From assembly GCF_036321535.1 (NCBI RefSeq), contig NC_087436.1, positions 74,526,001-74,590,000 of the forward strand: a stretch of DNA of 64,000 nucleotides. The letters are read 5' to 3'. This document shows positions 12,740-27,205 of the stretch, piece by piece. This DNA is from Camelus dromedarius (Eukaryota). The notes beneath the pieces were generated by a model. It saw only the letters and a program-made list of their open reading frames with translations, was not told where the DNA came from and made no database searches. The translations under genes were made by a program, and so were the position numbers. Numbering within the stretch: the first letter of the stretch is position 1; each line of letters begins with the position of its first letter.

Positions 12740-14989
12740 TATGTATACCCTTTAGGATAGCTTTCCTCTTTCTTGGCGAAACTATTTCCAGTCCCACGCC
12801 TGTTCCTCTGGATCACTTTTCAGAGCAGCTGCATGCATGCAAGGCCTTGTCTCAGGCCCCTGCATTTTGGGAAAACCTAGGTGAAGACACCTTGTTTCCT
12901 GGTTTGTGGCCCTTCTTTTGCCTTATGCAGATGAGGGAGCATGAATGTTGCTTTTGAAACATACCAAATTACTCTGGACATTAAAAAAAAGTATGTTGAG
13001 AACAAACTGATCTTTTACCAGGTTTTTACTATTTACTGGAGGACAGACTTCAAACCACTGTAAAAACTGGACTCAAAAAAAAAAAAAAGGCTGGATGCAT
13101 CCCCTAAACTTTTCTATAATTTTCAATTCTAGTTCCTCAGAATGGCACTGTCACACTCTCAGTTTGGAAGGGCATGTTTCTGAGTGTGTAGTGTCTAGTT
13201 TGTTCAGTAACTGGTTTAATGTATCAGTTTCAAGTCAATTACGTATTTTGTAATCTAGGAACTAGATACGGAGTATATGGTGGAAGATGTGTTCTTGGTA
13301 CATGGGCTGTGAACTTGGGCCAAACAAAGCTTAAAACTTTTTGAAAAAGAGAAATTTGGAGGCTTACTCTGCCCACAAAGATTGGACAAATGAGGCAACA
13401 GTTCTGGAAACAACTTTTAGTCAACTAATGTTGAGCAATTTTATGGGCCCAGATTAATTTATGTATCTGCCTGGGAGTTCTTAGGATAATTGCTTAAATC
13501 ACTCCTTCACTTTGTAGGAGCCTAGCCCAGAGACAGTTTCTGATCCTGTAGTATAGGTCCTTGGAAACAGCGTAAGCCAGACTGATTCATTCTCCAGTTC
13601 TCCCCAAAGTTGTCATCTTTGCTCCCACTCTGAGATTTGGTCTGACTTTTTGTGTGGGTGGGCAATCTAAGACTATACCTCCACTGGTTGGAATGATTTG
13701 TCTATTACATACCTCTTTGTTTTCAAAGCGTTTTGCAATTCTTAGTCAACCTCTTAATCACGTCTCCCCTGGGGAAAAGTTGGATGATCCTGACGCACAA
13801 TTGAGCCCTCTAAAGAAGTCTCTTAGTTGCTGGTAATCAAATTTGTCTCATTCAGAAACCAAAATTCTAAGGCTGAAAATCAATTTAATTAAGACAAGGT
13901 TTCAGGCATTGAAATGACCGATAATTAATTCAGTTTCACTATCTGCCCTTCCAAAGGTGGCTTTTACAGCTGAAGAGAACCTGAGTCTAAATTATAACCC
14001 AATCAGAGCTGAGGGTGTTGAGGACTCTCTCAGAGACTTTCTGTAACAAACATTTATATAGGTATATTGGGGAGTTAGGGGTACTGCTGAAGATTGCCAA
14101 ATCTTCTTTCTTGAAGAATCTGTATTCTTACTCTTCGAAGGCTTTTCCTATTTCCCGTTCATTCAGTCAACAAACATTGAGCCCTGGCTAGCATCAAGCA
14201 TGAGTGAAGAGGTCAAAACCTTATTCCTTCTCATTATCCCACCAAACCAAGCCAGAACCAAAAATCTTTTCTAGTAAATGAAGCTCCCTGTTACTAAGGT
14301 TCAAAATCTTGGGATAAGGCTTGAATTCAGGGGTGAATCACCAGGTTGTGTTTCTCCTTTTTACCTTGTGTCTCAGCCACTAGCAGCCTCATTCATAATG
14401 GTTTATCATCAACCAGCTGTATATTTGAGGACCTTCTATATTTCTAGCCTTGTGCTCCATGGTTTTGGAAATATGTGAATTTAAGATTTGGCTCATGCTC
14501 TCAAGAAGCCTGCAAATTAGTTGAGGAAAAAAGACTCTGATAATGCTCAACTTCCATGACTTGGGGCAGTGGAGGGGGTCTTGCCAGGCTCCCCTGACTA
14601 CTATTTAGCTCTCTTCTTTCTCTTTGATGGTGAACATGAGGAACTTGGTTCAGAATTCGGAAAGAGTAGGGTCCATTTCCCCTCTCTTTTCATTTATAAT
14701 GTAATTTGAGGAGTGCTAGAAAGATAACCCCATCTTTCTTTCCTCCTGGGCTACCATTAGACATTTTTTCTTTTGGTTTGAAGCAGGGATTAAAAAAAAA
14801 AGACACAACAAAGGGAATTGAAAAATTGTATCCGAATCTAAGGGCTTGTTTTCAGAATCTCTACCAGATTAATTTGTATGCTTCATTCCTCCTTCAAAGC
14901 ATACCAGCTGCCCACAGCATGCCAAACACTTTGACTAGTGGACTAGTATTCTATTCAAGGACACATAGGCATTTCTGTACCCACCATGC

Positions 14990-15540
14990 CTGCTGGATCA
15001 GTAAGCCAGTACCCATGCTTACTAGGTCAGTTATTTGTTTTCAGACCTGGTTATGCCAGTTGTTGTAATCGTCATAATTGTATAACTTTAATTTAATGTT
15101 ATATAAATTTAGAGACTATAAGTGCAAAAACAGAGTTGCTTCTAAATTAGATGCTTTTTGAAAGATTTAGATAAAGCGAGAATTTTGCTAAAATAAAACT
15201 GTGAAGTTAATATGATTAAGATAATGGTAAAAAGTAGGAGGAAAAAAATTGTAAGAATCTCACAGTCTGCATTCAGGTTGCATTGAAAAGATTTTATAAT
15301 TCTGGCTCCACTGGAGAGAAACTGGAAATCGTAGGTGATGCCTATAGCTTTGTGCTAGAGAGACACCTCTAATTGGAATTTCTCTAACTCATGATGTTGG
15401 AAAAACCTTGACCCTTTGTCAAAAAATTTGTGCATAACTGTATGTTTATATGTTTTAAGGTAAAAATAAAATACCTAGGCTTAGCTATTGTTTTTAAAAT
15501 CCTAATATTTAAATGTGTTTTAAGATAGACTTTGCAGTCC
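14990..15540 (+). mobile_element. Ancient Tigger-family transposase remnant
   Basis: agtgcaaaaacagagttg...aaattagatgctttttgaaagatttagataaagcgag resembles the Tigger N-terminal HTH (KRKRVV..KL.AL.RLDKGE). Decayed. Confidence 0.45.
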
Positions 15541-16587
15541 TGCTCCTAATAGCTTTGGACTGAGGGGATTTGTAAAGAACAGCCACTCCTCCCAGCTTCC
15601 CCATTCCCGTGTTCTAACACATATGAATGGATGGGGAAAAGTTGAGAATTACTGGTTTTTCCTGGGTTGAGATGCAAATGTCTCTGGGTGAGTTAACTCA
15701 CTTGACATTATTTAACTTCTTTTACACCTGATGTAAATGTTATCAGTGTTTTGTGGCTTTTTTTTTTTTTTTCCTGATTTGAAAGGCCACTAGAAAATTT
15801 ACCTATTTCATCGGTTTCTCTTAAATTAGTCCAGAATAAAGGGAAATATGATTTGGGGAGCAAAATAATCTCAGTTTGGAAAGTGAGGTTATTTTAGAGA
15901 TCTTCTGAATTCTCTCTTGGAGATACATGCACACAGGAAAGGGATGGGTTACTCAAAGATTCACTCAGTCTGCCTGGGAAGAAGACATTTTGTCACTAGA
16001 GGTAGATAAAAGCTTGGACCACAGTCTTAGTAGTTAGCCTGGATTTTTGCATTCATTCCTTCCACCTATCCCTGGATAATCTTCCATCAGCAATTTGATT
16101 TAATTTTTAATCCCAACCATGAGAAAATTAAGTGGTTAAAAAAAAAAAGTAGAAAGTTGTTTTTCTATTCCAAAATATAAGTAGTGGGAGGAGAAGTTTA
16201 ACAAATTGGAAGCTGAAATGTGTGATTTCTCCATTTCTTAAACTAAAACTGGAATCATTTTTCAGATTTTTTTTTAAATATACATTTGAAATGTTGTTGC
16301 TAATTTACACAATGACTTTGCCACAAAACTCACTGCACATACAGCAGTGATGTCCTAATTGAAGTTGTGCAATTCCACACATTTTTCCTGTGATTAGATT
16401 TCAGTGGGTAGAAGTTGACTTTGCAATAACTTTGTGAGGTCATTTGATTAGATACTGTTCTTGACCCAACCCCTTCGGTCCCTATTTGATGGATCAGGAC
16501 TCATTTGATGATCTTCAGACCAGGTCTTCTGTCTAATGGTTTGTACCCTCTTTTTACCAAATGGAGCTGCCACCCTAGGCTGCAGAA

Positions 16588-16800
16588 CAGCATTGTCAGA
16601 TAGAACGCTGTGTGATGAGGAAAATGTCCTGCCACTGCATTGTTCAGTATGGAAGCCACTAGCTGTATGTGGCTTTTGAACACTTGAAATGTGGCTGTAC
16701 AGCTATAGAATTAAATATTTTATCTTGTTTAATTATATTTAATTTGCACTTAAGATTAAATAGCTACATGTGGCTGGTGGCTATCATTGAATACTGAAGC
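16588..16800. mobile_element. MER3-like hAT element
   Basis: atagaac...tgtgatga.gaaaatgt...agccactagc...atgtggct...cacttgaaatgtggct...aaatagctacatgtggct. Confidence 0.8.
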
Positions 16801-16865
16801 TTTAGGAGTATAGTCTTGAAGTATTTATAATCTGTTATTGCTCTCATTTTTTAGAAAACTTTTTT

Positions 16866-16999
16866 TAAAATTTTTTTTTTGGAGGGGGAGAGGTAATTCG
16901 GTTTATTTATTTATTTTTAATGGAGGTGCTAGGGATTGAGCCCAGGACCTCTTGCATGCTAGGTATGCACTCTACCACTGACCTATACCCTCCCCTCTG
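16866..16999 (-). mobile_element. tRNA-Ala-derived SINE (camelid vic-1-like)
   Basis: Reverse complement has tRNA A/B boxes and an ATAA tail. 12-bp TSD gaaaactttttt at 16854-16865 and 17000-17011. Confidence 0.85.
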
Positions 17000-19900
17000 G
17001 AAAACTTTTTTATTAAGGAACATCTCAGACATACACAAAAGTAGGGGAAGGTTGTAATGAACCCTTCCATCCCGTCACCCAGGTTAGTCTACGTCATCTA
17101 TTTCCCCTTGTATCTAACCTTTTCTCTCCCATCCCACAACCCCCCAAATTATTTTGAAGTAAATTCCAGGCCCAATCTGATCTCATTTTTAGAGCTAAGT
17201 TGGTGATCTGGGGGAAGGAGGGAAATGTTTTCAGGGAGAGGTACTTGGGGATCTTCAGGTATATTTGTGATTTAAAAAAAAAAAACAAAGATGAATAGGA
17301 AAAGTTATGGCTTGACAAAGATAGGTAATGAGTATATAGATGTGTCCTATTCTGTATGCTTGAAATATTTCATTACCACCATCATCAGAAGAAGCCAAGC
17401 GTGAGCCCAGAGATGGAACAGTCACTGGACCAGGCCTCACTTACCTGAACTTATAGTGAACTTTGACTTCATGGGTAATTTTAACATTTAAACATCATTC
17501 ATATGCAGTGTTTATCACTGAGCTTAGTTGAATGCCAGCAGTGCTATGTAGAATCATAGGATCTGTAAAAAGGTGGAAAGCAAGCTAAAGATCTTATTTT
17601 TTAAAGCCCAGTCTCCTCACGACACTTGGTATCAGGGGGTGGTAGCTTGGTTTGAGCTCACACTGAATCCAGTGCTTTCAGTCACACCGACTGATTGGCG
17701 GAGTTAAAACTGGCAGCACTAAGTTGCTCCTACCTACTTTTTAAAATGGCAGATTCTTATGTTCTCTTTTTAGAGCAGATATGTTACTTCTAAATCTCCT
17801 TGCAGTTTTGTAGATACTCTTGTTGGAGGGAAATGTTTTTCTAATTCACAGTATAAAGAAGTCATTTATGAAATTTTTATCTTTGGAGCTGAGAATTTAT
17901 GCCTGTTTTGGGTGGAGAGTATTATAGGAAATGCCTGTTTGGTTTTTTGTATTTCTGTTTATAAGAGAAACCCTTGTGGCAAGCCTGTTTTGGTCATGTG
18001 GACACATCAAAGGAAACAGTGTTTGCATCAGTGATATTTAGAAGCGCATTTTTCCTTCCCAACAGAAAGCAAGCATTGTTGCTGTGCTTTTGTAGTTTAA
18101 TTTAGCGGGTAATAATGATTTTCTTCCTTATGATAGAGTGCAGAATATGTGCATTCTAAATTTGGAGCCCTATACTTAGGATCTTAGGATTTAAGAGGAA
18201 TGAATTTGTGATGGTAAAAGGATCTTGTATCATCAGAAATTCTCCCAGGCTTTGGCTCAGCTGTCCTATTGATGGATAAAGATAATATGCATTAGAAAAG
18301 GGGCTATTAAACATTTCAGCAGCATTCTGAACAACTGCAAGCCTGGAGCTGCAGCACAATGCTGTTCCTCTTCTATGGTCAAGTGTCCAGTAGAGTCTGC
18401 CCTTTGTGTTCCTTTGGTCTTTTGCTAACCATATTCCTGGGGGAGAGGGAAGAGCTATGTGTAATCTCACCATCTGCATTGTGGCTTAGTCCAGTTTGCT
18501 TTTATTCCATGGTTTGTGGATATCGTGAATACTTGGTTAACACCCTACATATAAGTGTTACCACGACTCAAGATTTATGCCATTTTTGCAAATAATCCTC
18601 TCATGGAAGAAGCCTTCTTATCTCCACTTAACAAGAGATATTTGAATCCATGGTAGTGCAAGAAGATTCAGGGAAATGTTTTGTTAAGTCAGTTGCTCTG
18701 TCCTTTCCATGCAGGATAGAGACAAGAAACTATTAAGGCCTTTAAAATGACCGTGACCTGATTAGGAAAATATAGCAACTATTTTCAGTAAGGAGGGCAC
18801 AAGATTAGTATGGGTAGCAGGTTTTTTTTTTTTTTTAATATCGACAGATTTTTGGAAAGCTTTTATTTTAGACTAAATTTAAATCTAGCAGTGACACATT
18901 TTGAAAAAGAAAATAAATTCACATAATCTAGATCTCCATTAAGCAATCTTACACTTGATTAGTTAGAAAAATCCTAAACTTGATGGAACCATAACATTAA
19001 TAAGAAATAGAAGTCTGCCTTACGTGTTCTCTTTAAAATAGTTAATGAGCGATGGTTTATTAGCAATCTTTGATAGGCCTCAGCTTAGATCTGGAATAAA
19101 TTATCTAGGCCACGGTAAGACAATAAGGCAGAGAAGTACATCAGACCATCTTTGACTGAGGTGAACTTCATTATTTGGCTCATTTATTTCAGGGGAAAAA
19201 AGTACAAAAAGGGACAAGGCTCAGATTCTTCAGTTAAACTGCTGTAAATGGGAAAGCACGTGACATCTCGACTCTGGCTGTTGAAATGAGGGCGCTAGTG
19301 GTGCCAATTTTTAGTTTTTCAAGAGAAGACGGACATATAGAGTTTGAAGTGAAATTTCCCCTTCTGAAAATGTTGGCAGCTAAATCAAATATTTTAAAAA
19401 TACCATGTGGGCCACAGACACATGTTCGTGGGCCAAGTCTGCCAATTTGCAATCCGACTTCCATTGGAAATAGTTCATTTATTTTTCTTATATTTGAATA
19501 AAGAAATCATTAAAGTTTTGTGTTTGGTTTGGCTTCGGTATGCCTTTTAGAATGCTTTAACATTTGAGCAATTAAAGCACTTTTTGCGGAAAATATGCTT
19601 GCTGGTTCTTAAAACAGAAGCAATAACTTGAACTCTGATATGAAAGCATCTAGATTGTTTGCAGGCAGCATTAAAACTTTTAAATTGTTTCCTTAGCAGG
19701 ATATTTCTAAACAGGTTTGATCAAACTGGGAGAAGTAGAACTGAAGTCAAAATGCAGTGTGACAAGGACCCACAGCAGACAGAGCAGGAGGGATTCTTGA
19801 GTGTGTGGTACCCAATGCAAATATCCCTCTGCAAAAAGATGTGCTATATTTAGTGAATGGGAGTTGGATGGTTTTTCTTTTTGGTTAAGGTCCAATGACA

Positions 19901-20585
19901 GTTAATGGCTGTTCCTTACAGGCTGTGAAATTATTTATGAGTTTGGCAGTAGGACAATGTAAAATGCAAGTGAATGTAGGTAGAAGAAGTTCTGCTATCA
20001 AATTCCAACAAACTGTTATTGCTCGAGCCAGGAGGGACTTTAGAGGTCACCTCATCCAGGGCCTACCTTTGAGATGAGGAAACCGAGGCTGTGGAGTTCA
20101 GTGGAGACTTACATTCCTCACTGACCCTTCCCTGTCCAGCAGGAAGCCCGCACTCCCCATCTTTGCCTCTCTTCTTCCTGCCTGTAGGAAAACGTGTTTT
20201 CCAGGAACTGTTTGTGACAATTAGAGAGTCTTGGGAAAAAAAAAAAAATTAGATGTTGAGTGAACAAAACACCTTCTGAGGAGGTTGAGTTAGCTTCTTT
20301 CTGATTGTTGGAAGATTTTTATTGGGAAAATTTCTGTGGTTGTTTTTGTATGAGTTTTGATACCTTTCTTCCCCAAAGTCTATTTTTTCATAATATAATG
20401 TTCACAAGAAGCAGAAAACCAGTTAGATCATCAGCAGAAAAATGTGGCCATAACCGTTAATTCTGCAGAATTTCCTAGTGGTGGATTCAGCCATATGAAA
20501 TAGTTGGTTTCAGCTGTTTCTGAACTATGAAAATGGCAGTTTCATGAGATTCAAGATACCTCGAGCATAAGGGTAATAATAAGTA

Positions 20586-20770
20586 CAGTTGACCCTTGAA
20601 CAACACGGGTTTCGACTGTACAGGTCCACTTAGAGGTGGGTATTTTTCAATAGTAAATACTACCACGCTGCACATCTGTGGTTATCCGAGGATGCAGAGA
20701 AACCACTGATGCGGAGGGCCGACTATAAATTATACGAGGATTAACCCCTGCGTTGTTCAAGGGTCAGCTG
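20586..20770. mobile_element. Tigger2/MER28-like MITE
   Basis: TIRs cagttgacccttgaacaac / gttgttcaagggtcagctg, flanked by TA on both sides (20584-20585, 20771-20772). Confidence 0.9.
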
Positions 20771-23700
20771 TACTGGGGTATCGTATCTTCCTTGTCCTCT
20801 CAAAACATCCCTAGCATTTTACATGGTCACGGACCATCCAGCCCTTCTCAGATTATTCCACTGAGACGCCATTCTGCTGGGGCATTTTTACTGAGGAATG
20901 TGGCATTGGAAGCTGCGTGTGCACATGTGGAACAGTCTTTCTTCCACATGTTATGTTTGGCTTAAAAAGCCTCCCTTGCCTTGGAGAAAAGACTACCCAG
21001 CAAAGGGAGATGCTGGATTTGTTTCTAGGTTTTCAGGCCAACAGGAGCCAGTTGGAATGGAAGTCTTGGTCAACAGTACAATAGTTTGATATGCAGTTAT
21101 ATTAATGTTACAATTTATCTTGAGGATCTGAGACTTTTGGAAACATCGCCCTGTTATTGTAATTGAATCCTAATTCTGATTTGGTCGTGGTGGTGGGTGG
21201 GGGAACGAGTGGGCCCACAGAAGGCAATGTTAAACCCTTTAGACCATTTCTTCCGCTAGTTTTCTAAACTGAATGCACTGAGGATTGGCTTTGTCGAACC
21301 AACTTTTGTAAAAGAAGTGGCATTTTAGCATCTCAGAGATTACAAAAGTAAGTATCAGGGATGTTCAAGCCTAACTGGCTCAAAAGCCTAATTTCGTTAA
21401 GGAAATTTTTCTTTGAGAGATAACTGTGATCTCTGAATCGTATTTCAGATCCCCGAACAAGTAGAATAAATCTTTTGATTTTAGGCGTCAAGGGAATTAA
21501 TAATGTATACATGCTCATTTTTCTTGAGAAATTAAAGAAATCCACCCGAGATCCAATCAATATGAGAAAGCCAAACTCTACCAACTTCATGGTTCGTAAA
21601 GCTCAGAGTGCACCACAGCTGAATAAATACAACAGAAGAGCCACCACAAACAGCAACTTGGAAATGAGACTTCTCCCTACCACTCTGAGCCAGAGGATTA
21701 GTTAGAAATTCACTTCTGACGCTTCAGCCGTTTTTGACTGTGAGTTAAAAATCCGAGGGCTTTAACCCAGCTCTTCAAAAGCATTCCGTAACACTTGTGT
21801 ACGACTGGAGACATAAAGGGCCCTTGGATTAGTGTAAAAGGTTTTCCAAAGGAAAAAGGTATTGGAGAGGCTGACTCCTAATTTATTTCTGCAAAGATCC
21901 CTTTCCATGCTCTGCTGTCTGGGATGCAGGCTTGCCTCCCTAGGGTGGCACGCTCTTCATGACTGGATGCCTTTCCTTCCTGTGAGCCTCTGCAGGGTCC
22001 TGTGCACGTCCCTCCTCTGTCTTTGCACATCACAAAAATGCCTTTCTCTGGCCTCTGCCTACCCTCTACACCTACTTGTCCTGCAAGACTCCCCAGGCGT
22101 CTTAGCTTCCCCCTCGCCCAGGCAGAGTGGCGGGGGACTCGTTTTCTGAAGTCCCCCCATCTTAGGCTCCGGTAATAAGCAGATGTCTTATTGTACCATG
22201 ATAGTTTTCATGCCTCCTTTCTTATCTTAAATACAGCATAGAATAGTGCCCGGCACAAAGGAGTTCCTCAATAAATGCTTCAAAAATAACTCGGCAGTAC
22301 CAGGCCCAGGTTTCTGCCTGATGTAGGACTCAGGCAGTAAAAATTACTGTGCAGAACATCCTCGAAGGACGTTACGGAACACAGAATTTAATGCACTGCT
22401 CAGTTTCCCCCAGGAATTCTGACTTACCGTTATCTGATGGTCGAGCACCTGATGGCAGGGAGCTTTGGAGGCTGAGAAGGGAACACACGTGCAGTGGGCT
22501 GAAGATTTGAATTTTCATTTCACCTATTTCTTGTCTCAGCCCAATTTTCTCACCCCCGGGTGGCTCAGGCCATACCAACTGGAGTTGACCAAGTGTAATA
22601 CACTTCACTCCTGCCCATCAGAAAAGACTGCAGACTGACTGGGCAAGGCAGTGGCAGTGGATGGTACAGGTCTCTTTGAGGCTGTATTCAGGGCTTCCCC
22701 TGGGTGTATTTTTTCCTAATTATTTGAAATTATATGTATAGCAATGGTCCCTGAAGCTATTCTGGGTGGAAATTAGTGGGCTGCTCTCAGCATTGTCACT
22801 TTCATTACTTACTGCCTTCCAGAGAGCTGCCAACAAGTTTCATGGTGAAAGTTCTAGAAATAATAGCATGAGAAGTGGTTATTCATAGTTGTCTTGTGGA
22901 AGTGAGAATACGGGGTTCATCAGAGGAATAAGTAGTTAAAAGTTTATATATGAAATCTACATGTGTTTCTTAGGTGCCCTTAAGTGGCTAGCAGCATTGA
23001 CATGGAACTGATAGAGAAAAACATTTGAAATATTGTTTGCTGTGAAATTACCTGAAGTGGCAAGACAACATACCAGGTGTTTCCTATCATCTCTGTTGAA
23101 ACTATCACAAACCGATGATCTAGATATCATCTGGACATTTCAGTGAAAGAAAGAGACTTAGAAGTCACCTGCCCCAAAGTCATTCAGCTCACAAGTGGCA
23201 GAGCCGGAAATATTACTCTTTAACCAACTTGCAGTCAATGCTTATGACACGATTCCATGCCGCTTTATTTTTTGTATTAATTACAGGGAGTTTTTTCCCC
23301 AAGCCTATCATTTACAACATTTATATTTAAATATTAAATTAAAAATGGCACCACCAACTTCATGAAGACCTTCCTCAAAAGTGTGTTGGTGAAAGGTCAC
23401 ACTTAATTACTTTTAAACTTTAAATGATTTTAAGCATTGTTCTCGAACAGAATATTGAAGTATTTGTTTCAGCTAAAAACTTCTTGTCAGGATTCTTTAG
23501 TGTTGGCTGGGAGCAGCACAACACATGAATACGCCAAGACTTTTATGAGCTTCTTAGAAGGGTGGTATTCACTTGGGAAAAAGAAAGCCATGTTGAAACG
23601 GACACAACTTTGGGGCTATGTGGTAATACACTGCTCATCTTAAAAGAAGATCGGAATGAGCTAGTGAGAGTCTGGGAATGAAGTGCCAGGTGGTTGCCAC

Positions 23701-24629
23701 AGTGCCTCTTTTGTGTTCTGCTTCATGTGGTCCTGTAAAAAAGTATATAAACTTTTAAAATATGGGACATAAATTACTCCTCTAAAGTAATTCCTTAGTA
23801 AGGACGGCCAATGGCTCCACAAGATAACAGCAACCTCTAAGTGGTTGTGATCTCCGGCTGCCATGCGTGTGCTGCGGTGGGACATCTCTTCCTGTGGCTA
23901 TTGGCCACTTGTATTTATTTCTCTGTGAGTAATCTATTCACATCCTTGCCTTTCTTCTCCTCTGCCCTCTAACTGGGCTATTTTTCTCTATCTTGTTGAC
24001 ATTCATCCTTTTTATATGTGCCACTTATTCTTCTCCCAGTCTGCCATGTGTCTTCTGTTTTTGGTGTCTTGTGATATAGAAGCCTTAAATGTACTATCTT
24101 CTTTTGGGTTTGTATTTTGGTGTCTTGTTTCAGAAGTCTAGTTCACTTTTCACTGAAGTTCATTTAATTACGTTTAACAACTGTTTTGTCTTTTGCTCAG
24201 TAGTTTAGAGGGGACAAGAATGTAGCAGCTGTTAAGAAACAGTCCATTCATCCAGTGAGAGATGTCCTGAATTAATAAATTTGAAACTACTCAAAGAGGA
24301 GACAGAAAAGGAAGAGTGTGGAACCCAAGACATGAAAAGGGGCTCAAGAATCCAGCCCTCTCAGAGGGGCACGGGCATTTAATGCTCTGTGATTTGAAGA
24401 AACTTAGGAGATAATTAATACCTGACTTGTAATTAGCAGTTGCATACACGCTGAGCTAGACACAGGACAAGCAAGGGAGCCCTTGCGTCAGCGATTGGGT
24501 CTTTAACTGAATTCGAAGTGTGTTGTTTCTATGGGGAGAGATCCCATTTTAACAGTCCTTTCATCTGGGGGATTTCCAAGTTTATAGATCAAAGGAAAGT
24601 TCCTTGTCGAAAGTGATGAGTAACAGTAC

Positions 24630-24860
24630 TGAACACTCACTGTGCAGCAGGCACTGTGCCTAAGCAGTTTATATGCAGTATCTCATTGAGCCAGTAAACA
24701 AACTGAAGAGTGGCATTGTTATTATGCCATTTTCCAGATGATGAAACAGTCTCAAAGAGGTTAAAGAACTTGCCCAGAGTCACATAGCCAGTAAGTAAAT
24801 GGTGCGAGGATTTGAATTCAATTTCTTCTGACCTCACAGCCATCCACAGATAATGGTTAC
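24630..24860 (-). mobile_element. MIR SINE
   Basis: ccattttccagatgatgaaacagtctcaaagaggttaaagaacttgcccagagtcacatagccagtaagt. Confidence 0.85.
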
Positions 24861-26859
24861 CCATCTTTTAAAATACTGTTTCTTTTAAAAGTGTTTGTGA
24901 AGATTCTGAATGCCGAGTCCTCGACATCGATGTCTGTTCTGCTGTGAAATCAGGCTCTATCAAGCATCTGCTGACGTGGCCTGAGTGACTTGCTCTTAAG
25001 GGAAGTGAGAAGTTGCTGAAGGTCTTTACCACTTGAAAGCCTTAAAAAAAAAAATCAAATCCCCCTCCCTGCTTGCCTGTGCAGGCTTTGCTGCCTTCTG
25101 CCAAGGTGACCCGTGGGTCATTCTCTCCTTCCAAGCTCTGGAATCTCTCCAGCAGCCCTTCACCCATTGGGGTCTCAGGTAAACCCACATGGCGCTGCGG
25201 TGCGTGGGGACTGGATGGACCTGGCCGGCGTGTGTACGTGAGACACACACGTGTGAGGGGGACACTCAGAGCCTGGCCAGCTCCCCGGGGCTCCTGACCC
25301 GCAGGCCCAGTCCCCTGCCCAGCACCGGTTTCCTCGGGCTGTCCCAGACATGACCTCCCACCTCCGTGAACATGTGACACCTATCAAGCCAACAGGACAG
25401 AAACTAAAATCTGTTTATATGGAACAAAGGCTGAGGGGGAATCGCTGATAAAATTTCATGGTGTTAAAACAGGTTAAAAATCCAGGTGCTGTTACTTCCT
25501 TCCTCTGAGACCTTGGGCAAGCTGCTCTGTATCTCTGTGACTTAATTTCTACCTCTGGAGAATGAGGAGGAAAATATCTTACCGGGTTGTGAGGATGTAA
25601 ACTTTCTTGCGTATCAAGCACTTAGAATAGTTACTGATAAGTGATAAGTGATAATGATAAGTGGTACCTTGTGAATGTTGGCTGCCTTATGGGTTTAAAG
25701 CAGTAAGTCACGATTCCCCGAGTGGTGGTCCTGGGACTATGTCAGTGCATTTCATCTTATATTCTTATCTCTGACAGATTCGGTGAATTGGTATTACTTT
25801 TACCTCCCCTTGTCGATGAAGGCATTTCTGTGGATTCTAGAAGAGTGGGGTTTATTTGAGCCGCAGGAATACTGCTGGTGACGCTGGGTCATCCTTCCTC
25901 ACTATGGCTATGTTCCTTTGTTCACTAAAGAATGGGTTCTTTAGGATTGGTGGTGTGTTCGTGAGTTCTGCCTCTAGCAGCTGAAATCAGCCAAAACATC
26001 CTGGACGTCCTTGTGGACTTTCTTTACTTCCTCTTCCTGTTGCCCTCTTCCTCCTTGAAGTTGCCCTGCAACTGTGGTACATGTTGACTGTTTACAGGAC
26101 TGATGACACCGCCAAGCAGATGCTGTGGAGGCAAAGGGAACAGCGTGTCAGGTTTTCGTGGCTTGGGTTTTCATCGAGTGTTCGAGCAAGAATGACTTTT
26201 AAAGAAATCGTCTCATCCAGCTTTTTCATTTTACAGAGAAGGAAGCCAAGACCCAGGGGAGTTAGTGACCTGTTTAAGGCCCACAGATTCAGAACTGGAG
26301 CCCAATCCTCCGCCTTGTGCTCATGCTACCTACCAACCCAAGGACAGAGACGAGGTGCTCTAGATAAGCAGTTCGTCTGCAAATTCTCTGGTGGTTTCCC
26401 ACTGCCCTGTGGAGAAAACCCCAAATCCCTTTCCAATCACTGATCTCATGTTTGGGACTCTGGTCGGTGACTAATTGGTGATGGAAAAAAAGAAAAAAAA
26501 AGCAAAACAGTTTTGAAGCTGCAGATGGAATGAATCAAGTTTAACTTGGGTTCTCAATGCAGTCGGATATTTATGGTGAGTCATCCTTTGTAAAAAATGT
26601 GAGTCCTTGTAAAAGGCTTACATAACTCAGCTCGGGTTACTGTTGGTGCCGCTCGAGTGTGTGCTCCTCCCGCCTGGGGACTAGAGAGTAACTGATGCCT
26701 TACAGACAACACGGAGCACCATTTGAAAGCTCTCTACTGTCCCAGAGTGCTCTCTGTGACAGTGTCAGGTGGGGACCTTTTTTATTAGCTGTGTACTTTA
26801 TGCCAACACAGAGCACACCTTGTAGCGGTTCCCATGGGGTTTTGTGATTCTATTATTTT

Positions 26860-27205
26860 TTTATGTTTTAAAGATATTTCTTAATTCATTTTAAATAGCA
26901 ATAATTTTATTACTTGTGACCATAAGCATCGTAAGTTTTATGAAACGCGACTTTTTCAAGCCAACAGATGAGTGAGATGAGATACATCATTTCACATTTT
27001 TGTCATTCTTTTTAATGTCTGGCTGAATTGAAGACCGCCGGGTCTTCAGAGCCGCTTTTCATTTACTCTGATGCAATACGTTGTGTGGGTTGAAGTGCAT
27101 AAAGAAGATCTAGCCTCACAGATATGTGGCTGGAAAAGAGGAACTTGCTCCCCCCGAAAGTTTCCTGGAAAGGCCCCAGGGAACCTCTGACCACACTTGG
27201 AGATC
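26860..27205. mobile_element. Charlie1-like hAT fragment
   Basis: ttttaatgtctggctgaattgaagac...gttgaagtgcataaagaagatctagcctcacagatatgtggctggaaaag resembles the recalled Charlie1 consensus. Confidence 0.6.

Noticed and set aside
12541..12957. ORFs with (ER)n or (SL)n runs
   Set aside because: Translation of the (CT)n microsatellite.
21475..21705. 76-aa ORF near an acceptor-like ttttag
   Set aside because: No recognisable protein similarity and no convincing donor.
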